From NCBI RefSeq assembly GCF_006345805.1, contig NC_043009.1:17050001-17114000 (forward strand): a stretch of DNA of 64,000 bases, given 5' to 3'. The DNA is from Octopus sinensis. Its lineage: Eukaryota. The notes under the pieces are model-generated. The model had not been told where the DNA came from. It did not search any database and saw only the letters and a list, made by a program, of their open reading frames with translations. This document shows positions 40,535 to 52,496 of this stretch, piece after piece. How positions within the stretch are numbered: the stretch's first letter is position 1; every line of letters begins with the position of its first letter. Made by a program: the position numbers and the translations under genes.

Positions 40535-40754
40535 GTGGTTTAGGCATTGAACAGAATACCTTGTGGTATTTGTTCTGGCTTTCTGTCAAGTGAAATCCCA
40601 CCATAGTCAAATTTACAGATTTTTTTTTTGTTGCTAGTTTAATTTGCTTAATTACAAAAAGCCAAGGGAAATATATGAAATGGACCAATGGCTTAAATTT
40701 GCATAACTTCTGCAGGTGCTGATGAAGTCAATCATATATGTGTGTGTGTGAGTG

Positions 40755-40792
<38 letters not shown>

Positions 40793-41599
40793 TGTGTGTG
40801 TGTATGTGTGTGTGTGTGAATGTGTGTGTGTGTGTGTCTCACCACTGCTTGACAAATGGTGTTGGTGTGTTTACATCCCAATAACTTAAGAGTTTAGCAT
40901 AAGAGACCAATAGAATAAGTACCATACTTTACAACAAAGAAATAAGTACTTGGGTTGATAATTTCCAATAAAATTCAAGGCTGTGTCCCAGTACAAGTAA
41001 ATGAAAGATAAAGATGCAAAATATATATTTGCTGAAAATCTCTGTAAAATCTCTTTTTCTATTTGTAGCAGTCAAATGAAAAACCTCAAATATGTCATTT
41101 CCTTCACCTCTCACTCTATACACAACATATTCAGCAGAATTTTTCTGAAACTCTCCTTCTTACTTCCAGTCTCACAGCTGCATAGACACAATCTCTACAT
41201 TTGAGAAGCCCTCCAAGCATGCCGTCCAAACAAAGTAGCAAACCTTGATGGCACCTTTTCCATTATCCATCCTAAAACAGTGTACTTCAGAGGTAGCCCC
41301 TATCTTTCTTTTATCTTGCTGGGTACCACCGTGAAGAATTCGTTTTAGTGGAATGAATTGACCCCAATACTTAATTTCAAGCCTGTTACTTATTCTACTA
41401 ACATCTTTAGCTGAACTGCTAGGTTACAGGGACATAAACACACCAACACTGGTTGTCAAGCAGTGGTGGTGAGGCAAACACAAAGACACCCACACATAGA
41501 TATAGATATATATGATGGGCTTCTTTCAGTTTCCATCTGTCGAATCCACTCACAAGGCTTTGGTTGGCCTGAGGCTATAGTAGGAGACACTTGCCCAAG

Positions 41600-42785
41600 C
41601 TAGTTTTTTGTTTAGTTTGTCCATCTTCCTGGATACTTGCAGTGATTTCACACAAGCATGTCATTCCTCATGGTTCCCTATACATGTTCTTCATTCATCA
41701 GTATTTGCCATTGGACTGTTGTCTTCAGAGGTTAGATGTTTTCTTCCCTTGTCGATTCTTCTTTCAACTGGTTACCATAACACCAGTTGACACACTGCTT
41801 CTCCTGGGTACCTGACACTATGACCAGCAATTCTTATTCTTCTCTGCTGAATCTTCTTAGTCACTTTAGGTAGATCCTGATAAAGCTGTACGTTGGTTAA
41901 ATGAGCTCTCCATAGAACATTCTGAGCCACAGTTAACCTTTTTGTGTTGCAGTCATCTGTTTTCAAGCTTTTTTGGTGAAGGTTCAACTTTCAGAACTGT
42001 ATTACAAAACCTGGGAGTTATTGTCGACAGCGATTTGCGTTGGACAAAACACATCGCTAAAATTGTCAAGAAGGCTGAGGGTATCTTGGCATCACTCACC
42101 AAGTCCTTTGTGAGCCGCTCTCCGGCTATCTATCTGCGGCTTTATATAGCTATGGTATGACCTCACCTGGAATTTGCATCACCAGTCTGGAACCCCTATC
42201 TTGCCCAGGATATTAATAGTCTGGAAGCTGTTCAGCGACGTGCAACCAAGAGAATACCCTCCATCAGGCATTTGCTATATTCTGAACGCCTTACTTCCCT
42301 GGGCCTGGACACATTGAAACTCCGACATCTGGCAGCTGACTTGGAAGACACCCATAAAACTATTAACCATCTTACAAACAATAACTCTGAACACCTCTTC
42401 AAACTCCACTTGTCTAACACCCGTGGACATGTTTACAAAGTCAGAAAACAACACAGCTCCCATGACTTTCGGAAACACGCTAAGAGTTGCTGAAGCATGG
42501 AACAAACTGCTGGCATCAGTTGTTAGTTGTTGGAGCACTGCATACTTCAAACCTCCCATGCTTCCTGAGATTCGCCAACACTACACCTGATTTTCCCCCG
42601 CCTCCATACACACGCAAGCATGTATCCGACTCATATTCTGTTCACTTTCCAGACATTTGTACATTACTGCATATACTTTATATGCACTTTTTGACAAGTT
42701 GTGGTGCACCTGAGCACTGTATACAATAATTTCATTATTATTATTTTTAACTGTCTCATCTGTGGAGACAAACAATCTAATTTTC
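41600..42785 (-). mobile_element. RTE-X-like LINE 3' fragment (41600-42010 plus 42749-42785) split by a CR1 insertion
   Basis: KIRLFVSTDETV | L*YSSES*TFTKKLE..CNTKRL..LWRAHLTNVQLYQDLPKVTKKIQQRRIRIAGH..VCQLVLW reads continuously once 42011-42748 is removed. Confidence 0.8.
42011..42748 (+). mobile_element. CR1-clade LINE 3' fragment
   Basis: LGVIVDSDLRWTKHI..HLEFASPVWNPYL..LEAVQRRATKRIP..YSERLTSLGLDTLKLR..TRGH followed by an (ATT)n tail. Confidence 0.92.
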
Positions 42786-45395
42786 AAAGTGCCACACAGA
42801 GGGACTGAACCTGGAACTATATGGTTGAGAACCAAGCTTCTTACCACACAGCCACACCTGTGCTCATAATCATCAAACTCTTAAATCTTTCTCTCCACAC
42901 ACTTCTTCTACAGACATCAAACTCAATCTTTGGAAACACATATCAATCCATTCCATCTCCAAACTGATGACCTCTTTAACTCTATTAACTAAATCTCTTC
43001 CAGCATCTCAAAAATGATGAACTTGGTTAACAATCACATTTGTCATCATCTTTCTTCATCCGTAGTGTACCCTGGAATGGCTTCATAGAGACAGATCAAC
43101 AGGAGGCATATATCTCCTACCTTGTTCTCAAAACTGTAAAAGCAAAGCTACAGCATTTGAAAACAGCAAAGCCTTCAATGGTGTTCCAGGATAGAAATAC
43201 TGCTAAACACATCTGTATCCCAGACTAAATCCAAAAGCAAGTCATTAGGCCATCTGGCATGTACTCAATCACCATGTTTCAACTATTCATAGCTGCATTG
43301 TTCACTTTCTCTCTCTCTGCTTCTTCTAAGATAACCTTGTTTTTTAAACTAGACAGCCGCACTACATTTCCACCATCCTTTCATACATCTCTTTCCACTA
43401 TCTCCTTTACTGGAATCACTTAAAAAGATCCTTCAAAAATATTCTTCACTCAATTTTTCTTCCCCATAATTACAATTTTCTAGAAATATAACCCAACTCA
43501 CCTGTTTCCTATAGACATCACCCTACAAATGTTCATTTCAAACAGCATCAATCGCATTAGGGTGAGAGGGGCCATCAAGGTTATAGACAATGCCTTCCCT
43601 CCTCCTCTCTCTCTCTATGTAAAAGCTAGATCTAACTGGTATGGCTAATTATTTAGGGATATATAACGGTGTAAGATGATGGTTTAACTGTAATGTGGTA
43701 ATTGATATAAGAATTGCTTAGTGTCATAATATACCATAAACTTCAAATACAAATATCCTGTTATTATATGGTAGAACCTTTTTTTTTTTAAATATGAAGT
43801 CTTAAGTGAAGCAGCAGTAAAATAGTGAAGCTGATTTCCAGGTTCAACCACATTGATGACTGATGAAAATGTGAGCAAGGATAAAATGCCAGTTCAAGGA
43901 ATGAGACAGGGTATAGAGGATAAAAGGAACTAAGGAAGGGGGTTGAGTGTATGGTGAATATAGTTTTCTAATTCTGAGTAAAATGAACCATTGTGGGAAT
44001 CACAGAAGAGAGAAAGAAAATATACAACATGTCTGTAAGCAAGTGGTGATAGCAGATTAATATGTTTTAAATTTTAAAAACAGTTTTCTGTTTATGATGC
44101 AATCTGCAATACCAATTTGTGCAGCTGTTGAGCTGTCCAAAGTAAATGAACAGTACTCTCTTTTATATTAGAGTACTGATATATGAACAGTACAGTTGTT
44201 AAACAACTGCCTGTCCCCTCCATAGGTTAGGTGTGATTTACAATAGGGAATCACCTTTAACCTATGGAGGGGATTGGCAGTTGTTTAAAAATTGAACTAT
44301 TTCTCCCTTTGGATGCAGTTTTGTAAATGTTATAGTTATGTGGTAGTGATGTATTCATGTCGTACATGAGTGGTTGCCAAATGTTCAAGATGTAGTGAAG
44401 GTGGGGAGCTTGCAGAATCCTTCGCACACCAAGCGAAATGCTTAGCAGCATTGCATCCATCTTCATATTCTGAGTTTAAATTCTGTGATGGTCGACTTTA
44501 CCTTTCATCCTTTCAAGGTCAATAAATTATGTACCAGTTGAACACTGGGGTTGATGTAATCAATTTACCCCTTCCCCTAAAATTGCAGGCCTTGTGCCAA
44601 AATTTGAAATCAATGTTAAAGATGTGTGATTGTGTTGATGTTGATTGTTTCAGAGTCTGCAAGAGTTATGGCTACAGCACTTTCCTTCAGACAAATCCAA
44701 TAAAAGAAAGATCATCAAAGATTGTTAAACTTGTCATTTGGAAAGATTGAAGGTTTTATTTACTTATTGTTCCTAAATAAAGAGAGTAGTGATATGTTTA
44801 GTAATATATATGATGACGTATAGGTGCTTCTCAGTGAGACTGGGTTATCATTTGCTCATCAGATAATGTTTATAAAGAAGACTCACTTCTTAAAAATAAA
44901 TAACCCTTTAACTGAAAGTTTAAGAAGTGATGGGTGATATTACCTGCTTGAAAGTGAGTATGGTTATAAATAATAGCAAGTAGAGTTATTAACATTCAGA
45001 TAGAAGAATATCGGAGACGGAATTGAAGCCACTCAACATATACTGCGGGGAACAAGTCTGATAGAAGAAAACTTTGAATTCTTTTCATGTGCACAACATA
45101 ACACAAAATAGGTTGAGCATCTTTGAATAATATGTATGGTGTCGCTTTCCACAAAGATTTTACATAGCATAAAAGCATAATGGTATATCATATAGGATAT
45201 CTTTATAATAAGACTAGATTGATATAACAAAATGATGATGACATTTGGCATAAATTATCTTATTTCAACAGCAGATGTCAATATAAGGATTACTGATTGT
45301 AGAATATGATAGCAGTTTAAGTGTAAAATCTCGGTAGCATAATACATAATCTTAAATCAAATATGAAATCTGAGAAACAAGAAAATATAATTTAC

Positions 45396-45587
45396 CTTCA
45401 CATGAGACGTTTTTCTTTGACCATGAACCATCTTTTAAACACCTAAAAGTTGAAGATACAGGCAAACGGAAACCTTTGTGACATTTTACTTGACAGCGAC
45501 TACCTAGTTTCATTAAAGGGTCCTTTAAGCATCTCTGATTTTTGACAATAGCATTTTCTGGTACTTGAAACTTGTCACAGAATTTAG
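45396..45587 (-). CDS. Coding exon, Sushi/CCP domain 1 (6-Cys type)
   Basis: ccacag acceptor and gtaaat donor, 192 nt, phase 1-1. (A)KFCDKFQVPENAIVKNQRCLKDPLMKLGSRCQVKCHKGFRLPVSSTFRCLKDGSWSKKNVSCE, with C-x3-C-x2-G-F and C-x3-G-x-W-S motifs. Confidence 0.93.
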
Positions 45588-46256
45588 CTGTGGAAAAAAA
45601 ATATTTAAACATATTCAAGATGGTTAGTTTACATAATTAATGTTTCGTTTCAGTATTGAATTCTTTGCTTTTATTTATTGAAATTTGTAGAACTCCAGTA
45701 GTAATCAAGCAACATTGAATATGTTGTCAATGGAGAATATGGCCCTCAATCAGTAGCATTGCTAGAGTGTGCCACCTGGATCAGTCCTTGAATTTATGCC
45801 CCCCACCCACCTTCAGGGACCTTAATACAGCAAATCAAAAAGTGTTACCCCCATGAAAGTGTCACTTAGCAGTGGCAAGGAGCCCATCTCACCTCCTCCC
45901 CAACTACACCGCTGTCACAGGTATCATATGGAAGGAACTATTGTTGTTGTTGTTTAGTTCCAAGTAAACCCTGATTCAACAGACTTATGAACGATAACGC
46001 CTCAGCCATAACTGCCATCTGTTTTCTTAAGAAGTGATTTGAGGGAGACTTAGTTGTTATTTATAACCCCTTAACCAAGTTTGTAGAGGCTTCCCATTTG
46101 CTCCATTAGGGCAATAAGATTACGTGTTATTCCATACCACTCTGAAAAGCATTAGCTATATAAAATGTTTGGGGATTCAATGATTATTTTTAAAACTTTA
46201 TCTCCAATTTTAAACTGAACAATATGAAATATTTCAGAAATATCAAAAAAGATTTA

Positions 46257-46452
46257 TTCTTTTACTCTTTTACTTGTTTCAGTCATTTGACTGCGGCCAT
46301 GCTGGAGCACCACCTTTAATCGAGCAACTCGATCCCGGGACTTATTCTTTTGTAAGCCCAGTACTTATTCTATCGGTCTCTTTTGCCGAACTGCTAAGTA
46401 ACAGGGACATAAACACTAGGGGGACAAACACAGACACACAAACACACACACA

Positions 46453-46496
<44 letters not shown>

Positions 46497-46660
46497 TACG
46501 ACGGGCTTCTTTCAGTTTCCGTCTACCAAATCCACTCACAAGGCTTTGGTCGGCCCGAGGCTATAGTAGAAGACACTTGACCAAGGTGCCACGCAGTGGG
46601 ACTGAACCCGGAACCATATGGTTGGTAGACAAGCTACTTACCACACAGCCACTCCTGCGC
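46257..46660 (-). mobile_element. tRNA-derived SINE family A (best-preserved copy)
   Basis: A/B-box-like head (tggctgtgtggt..ggttcagtccc), central (TA)n/(TG)n and a gtaaaaga tail. Other copies at about 25-197(-), 815-1213(+), 15255-15625(-), 21790-22190(+), 38125-38455(-), 39858-40273(+), 41335-41599 plus 42786-42865(-), 57560-57760(-) and 59625-59716(-). Confidence 0.92.
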
Positions 46661-46864
46661 TTATATTTCATAACAATTTCTGAAACTCTGCATTTTATTT
46701 TAACGATTTGATTTTGAAATTCAATTAAAAGAGCAAATATGTTCAACACTTTACATAGTAAAAAAAATCTAAATAGGTTTTAAATATTTCCTCATAGATA
46801 TATATTCTTAGTCAAACAAGATAAAAGAATACGAATAAACTTAACAGAGAATCAGTTTATTTAC

Positions 46865-46987
46865 CTTTACATGAATATCCATCAGGATTGAGAGTGAAGC
46901 CAGCTTTACATTTGCAGAAATAACTCCCCTTCGAATTGACGCATGTATGTTGGCAGCTAGCATTTTTCTTCTCACATTCATTGATAT
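46865..46987 (-). CDS. Coding exon, calcium-binding EGF domain 1 (first recognisable exon of an EGF/Sushi/HYR extracellular protein gene)
   Basis: ttttag acceptor and gtaaat donor, 123 nt, phase 1-1. Translates (D)INECEKKNASCQHTCVNSKGSYFCKCKAGFTLNPDGYSCK, matching D-I-N-E-C and C-x-N-x4-Y-x-C-x-C. Confidence 0.95.
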
Positions 46988-47610
46988 CTAAAACACAGAT
47001 GGTCATGTTTTGATTACTACAACATAAACGGTGTCAGAAACACTTACAAATATATTTGGAATAAGTGTCTTACCATATAACTTCCTACTATTTTAATCCA
47101 AATCTAACTTAAACCTCTTCAACCTAAGAGACAGAGTATAGGAGAATGAGAGCAATCAGAATATTAATCCTGAGTTTGGTGACCCTAACGTTCTTGTCAA
47201 TTAATCTTCATTTATTTTATTTTATGAAGAAAACTGATAAAACCAGAAATTCAATAGTAAGGTGTAGCAACAGAATGCTTGGTATTGATAGACACCACAT
47301 TGGAATCAATAATTCTAGTTTTAATGTGAATTGTTCCTTCAAGAACAATACTAAACTCAGAGACTTTGACTTATTGATAAGGAGGTTTGAAAAATTCTGA
47401 TATCAATATATGTCCATCTGACTGACCCACCCACCTCCTCACATGTTAATATGTCAGAATCTGCTGGATGTGTTGACACATTCAAAGAGTCTACAAATGT
47501 AGCCATATTCCAAGAAAACATGGCTTGGCTAGGAGATTAAGATGTTTTAAAAATCATTTAGTTATAAGTAAAATAGAAAGCAGTTATAGCCTTTGTAGGT
47601 TCACTCATAG

Positions 47611-47990
47611 TGGTGAGGTCAATGGGATTACCACAATCCATGGGATTAATGAAGCTCATGGGATTAGTGAGGTCAATGGGATTAGTGAGGTTAATGGGAT
47701 TAGTGAGACCAATGGGATTAGTGAGGGTACTGGGATTAGTGAGGGTACTGGGATTAGTGAGGGTACTGGGATTAGTGAGGCTACTGGGATTAGTGAGACC
47801 AATGGGATCATTGGATTAATGGGATTAGAGAGGCTACTGGGATTAGTGATGCTACTGGGATTAGTGAGGCCAGTGGAATTAAAAAGGCCAATGGGATTAG
47901 TCATGTCAATGGTATTAGCAAGGTTAATGAGATTATTGAGGCCAATGGGTTTAGTGAGGTTAATGGATTAGTAAGGTGAGTAAAGTTAAT
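47611..47990. repeat. 18-bp minisatellite (gggattagtgag-nnnnnn)
   Basis: About 20 variant units. Explains ORFs 47525-47971, 47610-47819 and 47656-47904. Confidence 0.95.
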
Positions 47991-48599
47991 GTTAATGGTA
48001 CTAGGAGGTCAACAGGCTCAGTAAGGTTGATATGATTTGTGAGTCAATATGATAAGCATTCAGTTTTAAGTTTTGCATGTTTTGAGAAAATGTGAACCAG
48101 GAGGAATTCTATAAAGTAATAGGTGTTGCATGATTAGAAAATGTGAGAATAGATAGATTTCACAGAATTACAGATCTGGGAAAAGGAACTGAGGAAATAT
48201 TTTTAGTATAGAATTACTGAGTAAAATGCTATATGTGATGAGAAGAAAGATGTTTGTTTTTGTGGTAGATGTAACAGAGGGGAAACAGACTGTTAGTTAA
48301 GAGGTGCCGGAACCAATTGTAGTATTGGTAGAGAGAAATAGAGAGAGAGACTAGGGCAAGTCAGTAGGGTAACAGTTGTAGAGTTTCGGTATTAAGATTT
48401 GCTAATTTAGAACGCTTGTACGTATGGCAGTGGTAGCAATTTAGACATGAGCAATATTTGTAATAAGGATTAGTAACTTTTCAGAGTGAAAGTGTTTTTG
48501 AACCTTTCAAGGGAAAGTGTGGCCTTTCTAGCACTGATTTGACTATGTTGTAGTTGTGAAGATGCCATGACAATATTATCAGAGATAACTTTTATAAAA

Positions 48600-49030
48600 T
48601 TTGTGATGGAGAGAGAGGGGGGAGAGATCATAGAGGGAGAGAGAGAGCAATAGATGGATAGAGAGAGGATAAGAGAGGGAGAAAGTGGGAGAGAAAGGAG
48701 AAAGGGAGAGAGAGAGGGTGAGAGAGGGAGCAGAGGGTGAGAGGAGTGAAAGAGGATGAAAGCAGGAATGAGAGGGTGGGAGGGAGGGAAGGGGATAGAT
48801 AGATAGATAGATAGATAGCGCGCGAGAGGGGGGTCATAGAGGGAGAGAGAGGGGGCAAGAGATGGAGAGAGAGAAAGTGGGAGAGAAAGGAGAAAGGGAG
48901 AGAGAGAAGGTGAGAGAAAGAGAGAGGATGAGAGAGGGTGAGAGGAGTGAAAGAGGATGAAAGAGGGTGGGAGGAGGGAAAGAGATAGATAAATGGATAA
49001 ATAGAGAGGGAGAGAGAGAGAGAGAGAGCT
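48600..49030. repeat. Polypurine (GA-rich) tract with an internal ~200-bp duplication
   Basis: gagaaagtgggagagaaaggagaaagggagagagag..gagaggagtgaaagaggatgaaag occurs twice. Confidence 0.85.
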
Positions 49031-49274
49031 ATAGCTGACCCCTGGCTAACTGAATTTCAGTGCTCTTATGAGTATAATTGGGTAAAATTTCACACAAGTT
49101 AAAACTGAAAATGTAGGAATAAATTATTTTATTTTATTACTTTCTCTTTATATTTGTTATTAAACCCTGAGTAAGTGTGACATGGCCTGATGTCTCTGAT
49201 GATTGCCTGAGTGACCAATACCTTCGACTAGCTCTGCAGAGAGCTGAATCATTGACATGTGTACTGATGTGCTC

Positions 49275-49830
49275 TGATGCGCTATTAAATAAAACTGCTG
49301 AATATGTTAATGGTTTGTGTGTTGAATACGGCTGCTAATGACTGTATGATTGGTAATGATTTTTCTGTTGATTATGACTAAATGTTTTTTTAAGATTTTG
49401 TGTGTTAAATATGGCTGTAAAATTATTTGTTTGTTAAATATTGTTAGATTATTTGTATACTGAAAATGATAGCTTGAATTTTTTGTTTAGAGGATAACTA
49501 AATTTTTATGTGTTAAATACGACTGTAAAATGAGTTTTGTGTTGAATAAAGACTGTTAATTTTTTTATGTGTTAAATATAACTGTTAATGAATTGTATGT
49601 TTAGTATAAACCGTTAATGGTTAGTGTGTTGAATATGACTTAAATATTGTGTGTTAAATATGAATGTTAATGGTTTCTATGTTGAACGTCTGTTAAAGAT
49701 TTGTATGTTGAATATCAATGTTAATGGTTTGTGTGTTCAATATTATGTGCTGAATGGGACTGTTAATGAATGTATATATTGAATATGACTATAAAACGAT
49801 TGTGTTGAACAGAACTGTTAATGGTTTGTG
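49275..49830. repeat. Degenerate ~28-30-bp minisatellite
   Basis: Recurring actgttaatggtttgtgtgttgaatatg-like units. Confidence 0.8.
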
Positions 49831-52496
49831 CTTCAAGAAGAAATGCAGTCAAAAGAAGTATTGCCATACTAAATCTTTCTGCTAAAATCCATAAATGACG
49901 CAATGCTTTCCTATTGATAACAAACACAATGTAGTTCTTCTTATTGATTGTTTATTTCTCTTCTTTTGATACTCTCAATCAACATACACAATTGGATATT
50001 CCACATATTGTTACAGATGTTGGCAATTTTGTATTGAAATGATTTCTTCTTTTCTCAAAGGTCAGACACATTAAAACCTCATTGGAAATTATTTTCCCCA
50101 ATTCCTTAGGACTGTTATTTTTTGTTTTAGTTTGTGCTAATTAATACATATTTTATATTAATTTATTACGTCTTCAAGACAGCAAACTGGCAGAATCATT
50201 AGCAAACCAGGCAAAATACTTAGAGGTATTTCATCTGTTCTTACATCCTGAGCTTAAATCCCACTGAGGTCAACATTGCCTTTCATCCTTTCAGGGTCAA
50301 TAAAATAAGTACCAGTCAAGTACTGGGGTCTATGTGATCAACTAATTCACTTCCCCAAAATTGCTGGCCTTGTGCCAAAATTTGAAATCAATTTGTTATC
50401 TTCATAAAGTTTTCTATTCAGCCTGTGCAGGCCAAGCAGATTATCGAAGTACTTTTACTGTTCTTTTTCTTTTTCTAGGTTAAGGGTTGGTGGTTGTGTG
50501 AGATATTTTAAGTAATAATGAGTAGAATGTCTTTTTGGAATTAATCAGTGGATAGCTTTCCATCCACCTGGTTTCTCTAGATTCAAAAGAAATTAAAGTC
50601 ATTAAATGAAATATCCCTCTTGCTACATAACTTTTGAAGACTTCTTTCATATAAAGGACTTTATCACTAGGATTAGTAAAATTCTTTGTTTTGTCAATAA
50701 TTTTTAGGTTACCAATTAAATTTTACTGAATTTTAATAATAAAAATTTACTGAAAATACTATCATTATCTAAATACTATCATACTAAATACTATCATAAG
50801 TAAATAGGATTTTGTTTCATTGTAAAATCTTTCAGACTAACTAATATAATTCTTTGTTGATATTGTAGGTCAAACATTAATAAATTATATGATCAGAATG
50901 TTACATACCATCTTACATTCAATGTGTAAAATTATGTGAATGTCAAGGGTTGCTATGTAAAATTTCATTTGGCTTAATATTGATTAGAAAATATCGTTCA
51001 GATGTCTCTTAGTGATTATAAATGTGTACACAGTATTTCTCCTGATGCTATTTTAAACCTCCTTCACATTAAGGAGTTACCTATTCTTACACTAGACATA
51101 ACATTATTTCTAAAATGAAAACACATGACAAAAGTTTCCTCCTATCCTCCTAAATATTGGAATATCCTTCCTGTGAATCTTTGCTTGTCAAGTTTAATTG
51201 ATATACTCAAACATCATACCAAGCTATTCAAGAGTTAATTGCACCAGTTACCATTCTTTGATATATGTTGTACAGATAAGTCTGTGTGGTTATACAGTTT
51301 ATTTCATAACCATGTTATTCTGAATTTGATTCTACTATCCTTCAGCATGTTTCTTTAGGTAGGTGTCTTTTCCTGTGGCTGTTGGGTGACCAATACTTTG
51401 AAAGGTATTATTTGGTTAATGGAAATTGTGCTGAAGCCAGTCATATGCGTATGTGTATATATGTATGGATGCATGTGGATAGATATGTCTATGTAAGCAT
51501 ATATCTTTTGCTGATGTATATCATTGAAAGTTGTAAGCATGTGTGAGAAAGCCTGTCTTTTTGATATATGTGATATTTGTTCTGCCCAAGTTTTACACAC
51601 ACTCCTCAAAAATAATCCAATGCTTGATCTGTCGAAAACCTGTGATCAATGGCACTATTATTCCCAAGATGTGATATAAGATATTACAATATTGATAACA
51701 CATTCACAGGGGAACTAGTGATTTTCATGTTCTATTACAGACAATAATCATATAAAAAGACTACAACAAACTTAGATTGGCACACTTCAAACTTTCTTCT
51801 ACTCTATGGCAATAATAAGATTATGTCTGATCCAAAAGAGGTCAGACAAGTTGATAAGTTCTAAAGATATGTAGAAAGAGTGGTTCTTTTAAATTTGGAG
51901 ATTGAGCAACAATACTACAGTTCCACACACCACTGCAGTTACTTCTTCATTAAACTTGAATGCTTTTAGTCTGACAAATAACGAGCCTTGTACAGCTGTT
52001 GTAAAATTATCAGTACATAATTAGAACGGAGGCACATGGCCTAATGGCTAGAGCAGTGGACTCGTGATCGAGGGATCAAGGGTTCAAATCTCAGACCGGG
52101 TGATGTGTGTGTTTATGAGCAAAACACCATGTGGTTCTGGCAGGAGGTAATGGCAATCTTCTGCTGACTCTTTTGTCACAACTTTCTCTCACTCTTTCCT
52201 CCTGCATCTAGCATCTCACCTGTGATGGAATGGTATCCCATCCAGGTGGGGAACCTATACGCCAATGAAACCGGGAAACCAGCCCTTATGAGCCCGGCAT
52301 GGCTCAAGAAGGAACAAACAGCAACAATTAGGACATTGATGCCATATCAATTCAGTTAATACTTTCATGAATTTAGGAAAAGCAGACAAAGAATAATGGA
52401 AACATTCACAGTAATGATACTGACAACACAAAAACTAATGATTATTCAAAACAAACCTTCATTTTTCTCTGTCTTAACAATTTCCAATTAAATCAC

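Noticed and set aside
3083-46987. Assigning the symbol SVEP1 or SCUBE to the gene
   Set aside because: No vWA, pentraxin or CUB domain is in the window and the domain order differs. Orthology needs a phylogeny.
47146-47400. 84-aa plus-strand ORF with a signal-anchor-like N-terminus (MRAIRILILSLVTLTFLSINLHLFYF)
   Set aside because: Antisense within an intron, no recognisable domain, and hydrophobic stretches arise easily in T-rich DNA. Needs transcript evidence.
47525-47971. 148-aa ORF with GISE repeats
   Set aside because: Product of an 18-bp minisatellite, with a non-ATG start and equally open frames on the other strand.
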